33,795 nt of DNA, from NCBI GenBank assembly GCA_037380845.1, contig JARRRI010000025.1, positions 1-33,795 on the forward strand. The letters run 5' to 3'. The notes beneath the pieces are model-generated. The model had not been told where the DNA came from, did no database searches, and saw only the letters and a list, made by a program, of their open reading frames with translations. Both the position numbers and the translations under genes were made by a program. Origin of the DNA: Candidatus Sulfobium sp. (lineage in GTDB: Bacteria; Nitrospirota; Thermodesulfovibrionia; Thermodesulfovibrionales; UBA6898). Below, piece after piece: positions 16,909 through 26,156 of this stretch (positions within the stretch are counted from its first letter, which is position 1; each line of letters opens with the position of its first letter).

Positions 16909-18570
16909 CTAATACGAGACGCTCGCCCTGAACAACCGCTCCTTTTTTCGTTGCTTCTTATGGTGCGGCTTTCGGGAGCGTGACACTGAAGAAACTGCAA
17001 ATGGCTTCGCTTTTTCAACGGCGACTTTCCTGCCTCTGATGACGGCCTTGTTCATCGCGGTCAGGACTCTTTCGACTATGTCGGAGGGGACCTCGAAGAA
17101 AGTAAAATTGTCCATAATATCGATCTTGCCTATTTGACGTCCCGAAATTCCTGTCTCAGTCGAGACGGACTTTAGTATCTCGGCGGTCTGTACCCTGTCC
17201 TTTTTCCCCAGAGTCATAAACAATCTCGTCATTCCCTTTTCTTTCTGGTGAGGCCTGATCTGCTGGAGTTCGCCCGCTTCCCTGTTTCCGAAGGCAATGG
17301 AAAGGGCGGCAGCGGCTATTTCGTCTGCGGCCAATACGTCGGCAAGCTCCCGGACAGCACCGAGGTACATTTTATGTCTGTTGTCGGCGATCATCTTCGT
17401 CAGGCTCTCCTTTATGATCCTCTGACGGGCCTTCTTAACGTCGGCAGCGGACGGGATTTCTTTCCTGCTGAGCTTTGTCCTGGCGACCCGCTCGATTGTC
17501 TGGAGCTGACGGTATTCCCTGGGAGTGACAAAGGTGACAGCTATGCCGGCGCGCCCGGCCCTGCCGGTGCGGCCTATTCTGTGGATATAGCCCTCGGGGT
17601 TCTGCGGTATGCTGTAATTGATGACATGACTTATATTTTCTACGTCTATGCCCCGACCCGCCACATCGGTGGCCACCAGTATCTCTATTTCGCCGCCCCT
17701 GAACCTGGACATAATCTCCTCGCGGTGCGACTGGCTAAAATCTCCGTGCAGTGCGCCGGCGTTATATCCGAGATGCTGGAGCTTCGCAGCAATCTCATCC
17801 ACCTCTCTTTTGGTATGGCAGAAGACAAGGGTCAATTCGGGAGCCTCCACATCAAGAAATCTGGTCAGGACCTCGGCCTTGTCCCTCTCTCTGACCTCGT
17901 AAAATACCTGTTTGATTTGCGGCGTAATAATGTCTTTTACGTTTATCGTAATCTTCAGGGGTTCCTTCATATGGCGCTTTGCCACCCTCAGGATTTCCCG
18001 GGGCATGGTGGCCGAATAGAGCATGGTCTGTCTCGATTCAGGTGTCATTTCGAGTATCCTTTCAACGTCGGCTATAAAGCCCATATCCAGCATCTCATCG
18101 GCCTCGTCGAGCACCACCGTCGAGATATTCTTCGCCGACATGGTCCCCCTGTTCAGGTGGTCTATCATGCGGCCGGGTGTTCCCACTATTATGTCGGCGC
18201 CCTTGCGTAGGGCCCGTATCTGGCGTTCCATGGACGCTCCCCCATATATGGTGAGGACGGAGCATTTCTTGTGGGCTGCAAGAGAGCCCAGCTCTTCTGA
18301 AACCTGCATGGCCAGTTCCCGTGTCGGCTCGATGACCAGGGCGTAAGGACTCTTGGCCGAAGCTCCCTTCTCGACAACCGGTATGCCGAACGACGCCGTT
18401 TTGCCCGTGCCGGTCTGGGCCTGGCCGATAATATCACGGCCTTGCATGGCATGGGGTATCGTCATTTTCTGTATGGGTGTAGGAGCCTCGAAACCCATCT
18501 CGCGTACCGCCTTCATCAATGCCTTGCTCAAACCGAACTCTTCGAAACTTACTGATGCATTCGCTTCCAA
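16909..18570 (-). CDS. DEAD-box RNA helicase with C-terminal DbpA-type RNA-binding domain (CshA/DeaD-like)
   Basis: Q motif (GFEAPTPIQ), AQTGTGKT, PTRELA, TPGR, DEAD, SAT and HRIGRTGRAG. TTG start behind GAGGAG. Confidence 0.95.
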   Translation of the reverse strand: MEANASVSFEEFGLSKALMKAVREMGFEAPTPIQKMTIPHAMQGRDIIGQAQTGTGKTASFGIPVVEKGASAKSPYALVIEPTRELAMQVSEELGSLAAHKKCSVLTIYGGASMERQIRALRKGADIIVGTPGRMIDHLNRGTMSAKNISTVVLDEADEMLDMGFIADVERILEMTPESRQTMLYSATMPREILRVAKRHMKEPLKITINVKDIITPQIKQVFYEVRERDKAEVLTRFLDVEAPELTLVFCHTKREVDEIAAKLQHLGYNAGALHGDFSQSHREEIMSRFRGGEIEILVATDVAGRGIDVENISHVINYSIPQNPEGYIHRIGRTGRAGRAGIAVTFVTPREYRQLQTIERVARTKLSRKEIPSAADVKKARQRIIKESLTKMIADNRHKMYLGAVRELADVLAADEIAAAALSIAFGNREAGELQQIRPHQKEKGMTRLFMTLGKKDRVQTAEILKSVSTETGISGRQIGKIDIMDNFTFFEVPSDIVERVLTAMNKAVIRGRKVAVEKAKPFAVSSVSRSRKPHHKKQRKKERLFRASVSY

Positions 18571-18595
18571 AAGAATCTCCTCATTGTCGTTTTGA

Positions 18596-18630
18596 CAAAA
18601 TAAAACCCCAGGGCTGACATCCCTGAGGTT
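18596..18630 (-). terminator. Intrinsic terminator-like hairpin in the helicase leader
   Basis: Minus strand AACCTCAGGG-atgtcag-CCCTGGGGTT followed by TTATTTTG. Confidence 0.55.
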
Positions 18631-18649
18631 CTTGCGTCAGTGATGCATT

Positions 18650-18679
18650 ACTATGTATGAATCACACCCATTTTGTCAA
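18650..18679 (-). promoter_or_regulatory. Putative sigma70 promoter of the DEAD-box helicase
   Basis: TTGACA-18 nt-CATAGT. Confidence 0.5.
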
Positions 18680-18781
18680 CGTGAAACGCCTTACAGACAG
18701 GTCAATTTTGGAACCTAATCGTCGGACCACCATTGTAGTTTGCCCGTGAGCCTTTCTTCTGAAAACTGCTATGGATCGGGG

Positions 18782-19456
18782 TCAGGATAATGTCTCAACA
18801 AAACTCTCAAGTGTCGCCTTGTCGTCGTCCGATAGGTCCCTGAATTCCACTCCCGTCTCATATTTTTTCGACATTCTTCCGTCTATTTCGTTATAAAAAG
18901 CGATTCTGCCCTTACAATGGACGGATGCGTGAGACTTGCCCAGAAAGAGTTCCAGTAAAAATATCGTGTCTACGGACGGCTTCTGTCCGATCTCGATCCT
19001 CATGCCGCCCACGCTGATATCCTTGATCTCGCAGTCCTCGATATAACTGAGGATAGATCTCTCCGGTGGAGAAACCTTTACCCTGACTCCGCTCAGTCTG
19101 CGGTCCTTAAGTTGGGGGAGAACTTTGTCGGTTATGAACTCCTTAAGCAGCTGCGCCTTATTCGTCTGGATATCCAGAAACTCTATGCCCGCCGTGTAGA
19201 CGGTCATCTTCTCTCCCTCAGCGGTTCTTTCGACAGCATTTTTTTCCCATACGACCACGCCGTCGACTGGTATGATCCTGTCGCCGTGCTCTATTTTAAA
19301 AGTATACTTGCATCCTATCAGCATCCCCCGGGCGCCCCTGATCAAGGCGCCGTTCAGGCTCAGTTCAAGGATCTCGACCGTAGTATTGAACATCGTCCTG
19401 GCATAGACGCCCAAGCCTTCAACTGAATACCTTCTCGGTTGTCTCTTCTCAATCAT
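18782..19456 (-). CDS. Tandem PilZ-domain protein
   Basis: Two repeats: RQPRR...ELSLNG...GIEF and DRRLSGVR...DISVGG...GVEF. Confidence 0.85.
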   Translation of the reverse strand: MIEKRQPRRYSVEGLGVYARTMFNTTVEILELSLNGALIRGARGMLIGCKYTFKIEHGDRIIPVDGVVVWEKNAVERTAEGEKMTVYTAGIEFLDIQTNKAQLLKEFITDKVLPQLKDRRLSGVRVKVSPPERSILSYIEDCEIKDISVGGMRIEIGQKPSVDTIFLLELFLGKSHASVHCKGRIAFYNEIDGRMSKKYETGVEFRDLSDDDKATLESFVETLS

Positions 19457-19536
19457 TCGTCCGTTTTCGGAAGGGGTACGATTTCCGACTTTCACAATGA
19501 GCAAGACGCTTCCTGAATGGAAGCCCTAGCATTAAT

Positions 19537-19564
19537 CTTATAACCGAATGACATCCCGGGTCAA
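19537..19564 (-). promoter_or_regulatory. Putative sigma70 promoter of the PilZ gene
   Basis: TTGACC-16 nt-TATAAG. Confidence 0.35.
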
Positions 19565-19903
19565 GAGGAAGTAACCGGCCGCCTCGGTTTCCCTTTGATG
19601 TTTTGATCCCCAAAGTATTACCCTGATCGCACACTAAAAAGCTTTCGTTTCAACTTCGTCTCGAAGCGAGTCGCGCAGAGTCGCACCGGCATTCCCGGCT
19701 CCTGTCCTCGAAGGTCTCAGCTGTGCGACCTCGGGCACGACGGAAAAAAAGCTTCACCGGAGTCAACGTTGAGTGAATGACGGCATTTAGAGCCTTGGTA
19801 AAGCCCTTCATCAAGCCTTTGATAGCGTTTATTCGAAAACTTTTCACAACTGCAAGGTTTATAATAGAATCGTGGGAACGGTGAGAGAGAGGGCCGGACA
19901 AGG

Positions 19904-20479
19904 GTGAGTTGCGAACGGGAAGATACTCCTGCGAATTTCATTCAGGTCTCGCGCGAAGGTCAGGCGGAAGTGGTCGAAGCCCTGGCCAAAGAGATCTGGA
20001 CCGAACATTACACATCGATCATCGGCAGGGGACAGGTCGATTACATGCTGGGAAAATTTCAGACAAAGAAGGCGATTTGGGAGCAAATCAAAGACGGCGA
20101 AAACTATTTCCTTATTGAGACCGGAGGTAAATTTATCGGATATATAGCCGTCCGGCCGGAGGGCCATGAATTGTTTGTGAGCAAGATATATGTCAGTTCG
20201 TCGAACCGCAGGAGAGGCTTCGGCAAAAAGGCCGTTCAGTTCATCGAATGCGTGGCGAGGGGAAAAGGACTGACCAGGATATCCCTCACAGTCAATAAGA
20301 ATAACACGGGCTCTATCAAGGCATACGAGAATTTGGGTTTCACCAACACAGGCCCGGCAGTCCGGGATATAGGTGGCGGCTTTGTCATGGACGACTACAG
20401 GATGGAAAGAAATGTCTCCAGCCACGACACGGAAAGACCTATGCTCCGCAAATGCGGGAGACGGCTGAAGGGGGAATAA
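19904..20479 (+). CDS. GNAT family N-acetyltransferase
   Basis: LAKEIWTEHYTSIIG, VSKIYV...RRRGFGK (acetyl-CoA motif), LTVNKNN, AYENLGF and GFVMDDYRME. Confidence 0.88.
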   Translation: MSCEREDTPANFIQVSREGQAEVVEALAKEIWTEHYTSIIGRGQVDYMLGKFQTKKAIWEQIKDGENYFLIETGGKFIGYIAVRPEGHELFVSKIYVSSSNRRRGFGKKAVQFIECVARGKGLTRISLTVNKNNTGSIKAYENLGFTNTGPAVRDIGGGFVMDDYRMERNVSSHDTERPMLRKCGRRLKGE

Positions 20480-20482
20480 GTT

Positions 20483-21733
20483 ATTACACGGTTTTTTGTC
20501 TACACGGCACTCCTATGCCTGGTCCTCCTGACGGCGTACCAGTATCACAACAGAAAGGCAGCCGAGAGAGAGGTCAGTCAATCACAGGCACCGACAGCTG
20601 CTGCGGTGCTGCGACAAGAGCCGACACATGTTTCCATTGACCCGCGGGTGCTGACAGACTACCCACGGGAAGCACTCTCTGATGATATCCAGGACACGGC
20701 TTCAACACCCGTCCCCTCTGTGCCCCGGATTACTAACGGGCAGAAAGGGGTCCGAGAAAAAGCGATAGCTCTTTTCAACAAAAAGAATTACGAAGGCGCC
20801 ATCGATCTCTTACTACATGTTGAAGACCCCGACAAAGAGGTCCTTCTGGGTACAGGGCTCTGTTATTATAAACTCGGCGACTATCGGAAATCCGTGTCCT
20901 TTCTCAGGAAGGTCCTCGATCGCGACGGAAAGAATTTTGTTGCGCGGAAGGTCATTGCCTTCGCATATTACAGGCTTGATGACATCGATGCGAGTTTCGC
21001 CAATGCCCGGAAAGGGCTGTCTTTACGCGATGAACCCGCACTGCGAGACCTCTATGAAAGGCTGGGCCGGGAGAGAAAGGCCCGACGCGGATATACGGAG
21101 GAAGACTCGTGGCATTTCAGGATCCTTTTTGACGGCTATGAGCATGGAGGCGTCGAAAGAGAAATTCTCGATATCCTTGAAGACGCATACAGGTCGATCG
21201 GGCAGGAACTCGATTATTTCCCCCCTGATCAAGTGACCGTCATATTGTATGCGGATCGCGATTTTTATGATACAACGCAGGCCCCGCGCTGGTCGAGGGG
21301 GATTTACGACGGAAAGATCCGGGTTCCTGTTAAAGGAATCGGCGTGCAGATGACTCTTGTGAGAAAAGTCCTGTTTCACGAATATACTCACGTCCTGGTC
21401 CATGATCTGGCTTCTTCTTGCCCCCTGTGGCTTAATGAAGGACTCGCCGAGTATTTCTCTACCACTTATCCCCATAAGACCGGACAGGTGATACCGCTCC
21501 GGAATATTGAGAAATCGTTCGCGGGGCTGGGGAGTAGAAGTGTTGCCGTCGCATACAGGGAGAGCTACTCGGCCGTCTCTTACTTGATAGACAGATACGG
21601 GCTTTACAGGGTGAGGGCCGTCCTTGAAGCGTTCGGGGCCGGTAAAGAAGCTGATGCTGCATTTGAAGACGGGCTGGGCGTCACTTACAGCCGCTTCATT
21701 TCAAGCTGGGGAAAAGATGCCGGCTCTTCATAG
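20483..21733 (+). CDS. Membrane-anchored TPR + peptidase MA (zincin) family protein; start uncertain
   Basis: TPR-like helices, HEYTH zinc motif and PLWLNEGLAEY. An in-frame TM segment (FFVYTALLCLVLLTAY) lies upstream of the listed start at 20606. Confidence 0.8.
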   Translation: MTRFFVYTALLCLVLLTAYQYHNRKAAEREVSQSQAPTAAAVLRQEPTHVSIDPRVLTDYPREALSDDIQDTASTPVPSVPRITNGQKGVREKAIALFNKKNYEGAIDLLLHVEDPDKEVLLGTGLCYYKLGDYRKSVSFLRKVLDRDGKNFVARKVIAFAYYRLDDIDASFANARKGLSLRDEPALRDLYERLGRERKARRGYTEEDSWHFRILFDGYEHGGVEREILDILEDAYRSIGQELDYFPPDQVTVILYADRDFYDTTQAPRWSRGIYDGKIRVPVKGIGVQMTLVRKVLFHEYTHVLVHDLASSCPLWLNEGLAEYFSTTYPHKTGQVIPLRNIEKSFAGLGSRSVAVAYRESYSAVSYLIDRYGLYRVRAVLEAFGAGKEADAAFEDGLGVTYSRFISSWGKDAGSS

Positions 21734-21840
21734 TAATTATTAATGGACCTATAAATTTATGCCGTAAGTATTGAATTTTTCTGACATTGTGGGGTAGTCT
21801 ATAATTCCTGAAAATCTTATTCGGTGGGGAGGACTGTTTG

Positions 21841-24579
21841 ATGGCAAAAGCATCCGCGAAGTCTAAGAAATATGTTTACTCCTTCGGAAGCGGCAAGGCG
21901 GACGGAAGGGCCGACATGAAGAATCTTTTGGGAGGCAAGGGTGCCAACCTGGCTGAAATGACAAACCTCGGGATACCTGTTCCTCCCGGCTTTACAATAA
22001 CGACGGAGGTCTGCACTCTTTATTATAAAAACGACCGCAAGTATCCTCCGGAACTGAAAAAACAGGTTGATTCGGCACTGAGCAGGGTCGAGAAGATTAT
22101 GGGAAGAAAATTCGGAGATCCGAAGAACCCCCTTCTGGTTTCGGTCCGTTCCGGGGCCAGGAGTTCGATGCCGGGCATGATGGAAACAGTGCTCAACGTA
22201 GGACTTACGACCAGGACCATACCCGGTCTCGTCAAAAGGACGAACAATGAGCGTTTTGTCTATGACGCTTACCGCCGCCTGCTCATGATGTATTCCGATG
22301 TGGTGATGGAAAAGGCGGCGGGCATCGAGCCGGAAGACGGCCACGGCATCCGCCATAAGCTTGAAGAGGCAATGGACAAGGTGAAAAAGGCAAAGGGCTA
22401 CTCCAACGACACCGAATTGTCAGTGGATGACCTGAAGGCGCTTTGCGACGAATTCAAGGTGATTATCCGCAGGACGTTAAAAGAGGATTTCCCGGACACC
22501 GCGGAAGACCAGCTGTGGGGTGGAATAAGCGCCGTCTTCCAGTCCTGGATGGGTAAGCGGGCCGTATCTTACCGGAGGATAGAAAAGATCCCCGAAGAGT
22601 GGGGGACCGCTGTCAATGTCCAGACCATGGTTTTCGGGAATACCGGAGACGACTCTGCCACCGGTGTTGCTTTTACACGGAACCCGGCCACCGGCGAGAA
22701 CATGTTTTACGGGGAATGGCTGCCCAATGCGCAGGGCGAGGACGTAGTGGCCGGCATCAGGACCCCCAACCCGGTGAACAAGGCAGGAAAGACCGAAGAT
22801 ACCAGACACCTTTCGTCCCTTGAAGAGGCGATGCCGAAGGTATACAGGGAATTGTTCAACATCCAGAGGAAGCTCGAGAAGCATTACCAGGACATGCAGG
22901 ACATCGAATTCACCATCGAAGGCGGAAGGCTCTGGATGCTCCAGACCAGGGTGGGCAAACGTAACGGCCAGGCAGCGATACGCATGGCCGTAGAGATGGC
23001 AAAATCGAGGCTTATTACAAAAGAGACGGCTCTTTTGAGGGTAAAGCCTGATCAGATAGACGAGCTTCTGCATCCCAGTGTCTCTGCCGACGCCGAAAAG
23101 AAGGCGGTGGAGCTTGCCAAGGGACTTCCCGCCGGACCGGGCGGAGCCTTTGGAAAAGTCGTATTTACTGCGGACGATGCCGAGGCCTGGGCAAAGAGGG
23201 GCGAAAAGGTCATCCTTGTAAGGAATGAGACTTCCCCGGAAGATGTACACGGGATGCATGCAGCGGAAGCTATTCTGACGGCAAAGGGTGGGATGACGAG
23301 TCATGCCGCCCTGGTTGCCAGAGGTTGGGGCAAGTGCTGCATAGTCGGCTGTTCAGCGCTGGACATAGAACTCCGGAACAAAGTGATCCGTGTCAACGGC
23401 CATACCCTGGGCGAAGGCGACTGGATTACCCTTAACGGAACGAAGGGGAGAGTTTACGAAGGCAGGCTCGACCTTATGCCCGCAGACCCCGAGCACAACC
23501 GCTGGTACAAGGAACTCATGAAATGGGCGGACCAGATGAGGACCCTGGGTGTCCGGACAAACGCCGATACTCCGAACGACGCCGCCGTAGCCCGTTCTTA
23601 CGGGGCCCAAGGCATAGGGCTCTGCAGGACGGAGCACATGTTTTTCGAGGCGGACAGGATAAGGTCTGTGCGGGAGATGATACTGTCGGACACGGTGGAA
23701 GGAAGAAAGAAGGCGTTGGCCAGGCTCCTTCCGATGCAGAAGGGTGACTTTGCCGGCATCTTCAGGGCCATGAAAGGTCTTCCTGTGACAATCAGACTTC
23801 TGGACCCGCCTCTTCATGAATTCCTGCCGCACAGCGATGCGGAGCTTGAGGAACTATCCAGGGACATGAAGGTCTCTTTTGAACAGTTGAACGCAAAAAA
23901 CAAGTCTCTGCACGAGTTTAACCCCATGCTCGGACACAGGGGCTGCCGTCTGGGAGTCACCTACCCCGAAATCTATGAGATGCAGGTACAGGCCATCATG
24001 GAGGCGGCGTGCGAACTTACCAAACAAAGAGTGAAGGTGATACCTGAGATAATGATACCTCTTGTGGGTCATGTCAACGAGCTGCGGAAGCTCCGAAATC
24101 TCACCGTTTCGGTAGCTGAAGAGACGATGAAAAAGTATAAGGCCAAGATCCCTTATAAAGTAGGGACCATGATAGAGCTGCCGCGGGCCTGTGTCACCTC
24201 CGACGAGATAGCTTCCGTGGCCGACTTCTATTCCTTCGGTACGAACGACCTGACCCAGACGGTGTACGGGCTTTCGAGGGATGACGCAGGCAGGTTCCTT
24301 CCATTTTATGTAGAGACCGGCATTCTCAAGGAAGACCCTTTTATTTCCATAGACACGGACGGCGTCGGCTCGCTGATGCGCCTTGCTCTCGAAAAGGGCA
24401 GAAAGGTCAAGAGGGACCTCAAGACCGGGATATGCGGGGAGCACGGCGGCGAGCCTAAATCAGTGGAATTCTGCCACAATCTCGGCCTCGATTATGTCAG
24501 TTGCTCACCTTTCAGGGTCCCCATAGCCCGGTTCGCTGCGGCTCAGGCCGCGATTAAGGGAAAACCGCGGAGAAAGTAG
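21841..24579 (+). CDS. ppdK: Pyruvate phosphate dikinase
   Basis: LLGGKGANLAEM, SVRSGA, GGMTSHAA (phospho-His), GIGLCRTEHMF, FGTNDLTQ and GICGEHGG. Confidence 0.97.
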   Translation: MAKASAKSKKYVYSFGSGKADGRADMKNLLGGKGANLAEMTNLGIPVPPGFTITTEVCTLYYKNDRKYPPELKKQVDSALSRVEKIMGRKFGDPKNPLLVSVRSGARSSMPGMMETVLNVGLTTRTIPGLVKRTNNERFVYDAYRRLLMMYSDVVMEKAAGIEPEDGHGIRHKLEEAMDKVKKAKGYSNDTELSVDDLKALCDEFKVIIRRTLKEDFPDTAEDQLWGGISAVFQSWMGKRAVSYRRIEKIPEEWGTAVNVQTMVFGNTGDDSATGVAFTRNPATGENMFYGEWLPNAQGEDVVAGIRTPNPVNKAGKTEDTRHLSSLEEAMPKVYRELFNIQRKLEKHYQDMQDIEFTIEGGRLWMLQTRVGKRNGQAAIRMAVEMAKSRLITKETALLRVKPDQIDELLHPSVSADAEKKAVELAKGLPAGPGGAFGKVVFTADDAEAWAKRGEKVILVRNETSPEDVHGMHAAEAILTAKGGMTSHAALVARGWGKCCIVGCSALDIELRNKVIRVNGHTLGEGDWITLNGTKGRVYEGRLDLMPADPEHNRWYKELMKWADQMRTLGVRTNADTPNDAAVARSYGAQGIGLCRTEHMFFEADRIRSVREMILSDTVEGRKKALARLLPMQKGDFAGIFRAMKGLPVTIRLLDPPLHEFLPHSDAELEELSRDMKVSFEQLNAKNKSLHEFNPMLGHRGCRLGVTYPEIYEMQVQAIMEAACELTKQRVKVIPEIMIPLVGHVNELRKLRNLTVSVAEETMKKYKAKIPYKVGTMIELPRACVTSDEIASVADFYSFGTNDLTQTVYGLSRDDAGRFLPFYVETGILKEDPFISIDTDGVGSLMRLALEKGRKVKRDLKTGICGEHGGEPKSVEFCHNLGLDYVSCSPFRVPIARFAAAQAAIKGKPRRK

Positions 24580-24596
24580 CTGTCCAACCCATACTG

Positions 24597-24633
24597 AATA
24601 GAAGGGCCGCTTTCGGCGGCCCTTCTATTTTTT
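24597..24633 (+). terminator. Rho-independent terminator after ppdK
   Basis: AATAGAAGGGCCGC-tttcg-GCGGCCCTTCTATT plus a T run. Confidence 0.9.
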
Positions 24634-24666
24634 ACTTAACATCATCTTATAATTATAACTTAAAGT

Positions 24667-24696
24667 TGACATTACCCGCGTAAATGCTGTAAAAAT
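24667..24696 (+). promoter_or_regulatory. Putative sigma70 promoter
   Basis: TTGACA-18 nt-TAAAAA. Confidence 0.45.
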
Positions 24697-24751
24697 ATAT
24701 ACATTTTGGGCGCATGCAGTGATGGACAGTGTTTGTGATCGGGGAGGAAAA

Positions 24752-25366
24752 ATGGGGCTAACAGAGGCAAAAAAATATATTCAGGATCTTCACAGGAAGC
24801 AGGGCGATCCGTACCTGTGGCCGGATTTTCTGACGGGCCTTCCGGACAGGAAGGCCATCATCAGAAGGCTTGAAGATCTCTTTCCCAGGCTCGGCAAGTA
24901 TTCCATCGCGTATGTCAGGATATCGAATATACACCCTTACCTGATCAAATACGGACCGGACAGACATGCCGAGATAATACAATGGGCTGCAGCCATCCTG
25001 AAGACGACCTGCGACAAGTGTTCCGGGTGCTTCGTCGGCACTCTCAGTACGCATGACTTTGTAGTCATGTGCGAGACTGACAGGATGGTGAGGCACATAG
25101 AAGAGGCCGGAAGGCTGTTCGAAAAGAAGATAAAAAGCTTCTACTCCGCAGAAGACCTCAGAACAAAGACGACTCTTTCCTTTAGGAGGGGGAGGGAAAA
25201 GGTCCACGCGGGATTGTTGAAATTGACTGCAGTTGTAGCGCAGGATAAACCGGGAATCGAAAAAAGTGAGCTCCTGCAGCATATGGGCCATCTCTGCGAG
25301 TCGGCCGAGAGAACTGCCGACGAAATCGTACTGATGACCGGGAATACTGCCTCGGCTGGGCTCTAG
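24752..25366 (+). CDS. Degenerate GGDEF-like domain protein
   Basis: DFLTGLPD (cf. DxLTGLxN), KYG (cf. xYGH), and VGTLSTHDFVV in place of RxGGDEF. GGAGG RBS. Confidence 0.65.
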   Translation: MGLTEAKKYIQDLHRKQGDPYLWPDFLTGLPDRKAIIRRLEDLFPRLGKYSIAYVRISNIHPYLIKYGPDRHAEIIQWAAAILKTTCDKCSGCFVGTLSTHDFVVMCETDRMVRHIEEAGRLFEKKIKSFYSAEDLRTKTTLSFRRGREKVHAGLLKLTAVVAQDKPGIEKSELLQHMGHLCESAERTADEIVLMTGNTASAGL

Positions 25367-25411
25367 ACCGCCTTTTTCTTTAGTAACCGCGGGCGGTGTC
25401 GCGTCCTCCTA

Positions 25412-25440
25412 TTGACAAGCAACTCCCTTTTATTCATACT
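25412..25440 (+). promoter_or_regulatory. Putative sigma70 promoter
   Basis: TTGACA-17 nt-CATACT. Confidence 0.6.
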
Positions 25441-25466
25441 GTGTCCTGTCCCTTAACATAAAGGGG

Positions 25467-26156
25467 ATGGCGGAACCTTTTGACTGCATGAGAAAGAGCG
25501 TACCTCTTATCGGAATGACATGCAGGGGTCTCGGGAACCTCCCGGCCCATCCTGACCTTTACAGGAGGGCCGTAGAGAGGGCGGGGGGCTCTTCGATATT
25601 TATACCGCCCGGGACGGACGTGAAAGATATCTCCCTGTCGTGCGATGGCTTTATCATCCCCGGCGGACGGGACCCGGCCCCCGCTTCATATAACGAAGGA
25701 AGTCTATTCTCCTTGGAGACTGAAGACCCGCAGCGAACGGGTTTTGAATTGATGCTTCTGCATGAGATAATAAGATTACGGAAACCGGTACTCGGTATAT
25801 GTTACGGAATGCAGCTTATTAATATATTTTTCGGAGGCAGCCTATACCAGGACATCCGCGGGCAGATACCGGGAAGCCTGGAACATGAAAGGAAGATGCA
25901 CCCCGTAATAATCAGCGGAAACCCTTTTATGAAAAGCGGAGAATTTCCTGTGAACAGCCGTCATCATCAGGCTGTCAAAGAGACGGGTAGGGGGGTCGTG
26001 GTCTTCGCTTATGCCCGGGACGGAATAACAGAGGCTTTTTACCTCGAAGAATACCGTTTTCTTGTAGGCGTGCAGTGGCATCCTGAGAGGAACGGGTCTG
26101 CCCTGAGCTCAGCTCTGTTCGGCAAATTCATTGAGGCATGCCGTGACCACCAATAG
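25467..26156 (+). CDS. Peptidase C26 / gamma-glutamyl-GABA hydrolase family (class I GATase fold)
   Basis: PGGRD, PVLGICYGMQ (Cys), NSRHHQ and GVQWHPE (His-Glu). Confidence 0.88.
   Translation: MAEPFDCMRKSVPLIGMTCRGLGNLPAHPDLYRRAVERAGGSSIFIPPGTDVKDISLSCDGFIIPGGRDPAPASYNEGSLFSLETEDPQRTGFELMLLHEIIRLRKPVLGICYGMQLINIFFGGSLYQDIRGQIPGSLEHERKMHPVIISGNPFMKSGEFPVNSRHHQAVKETGRGVVVFAYARDGITEAFYLEEYRFLVGVQWHPERNGSALSSALFGKFIEACRDHQ

Noticed and set aside
17248..18210. 320-aa plus-strand ORF, and similar long antisense ORFs (3237-4103, 12250-12990, 22477-23304, 32046-32780)
   Set aside because: Shadow ORFs opposite well-conserved genes, with no recognisable motifs or RBS.
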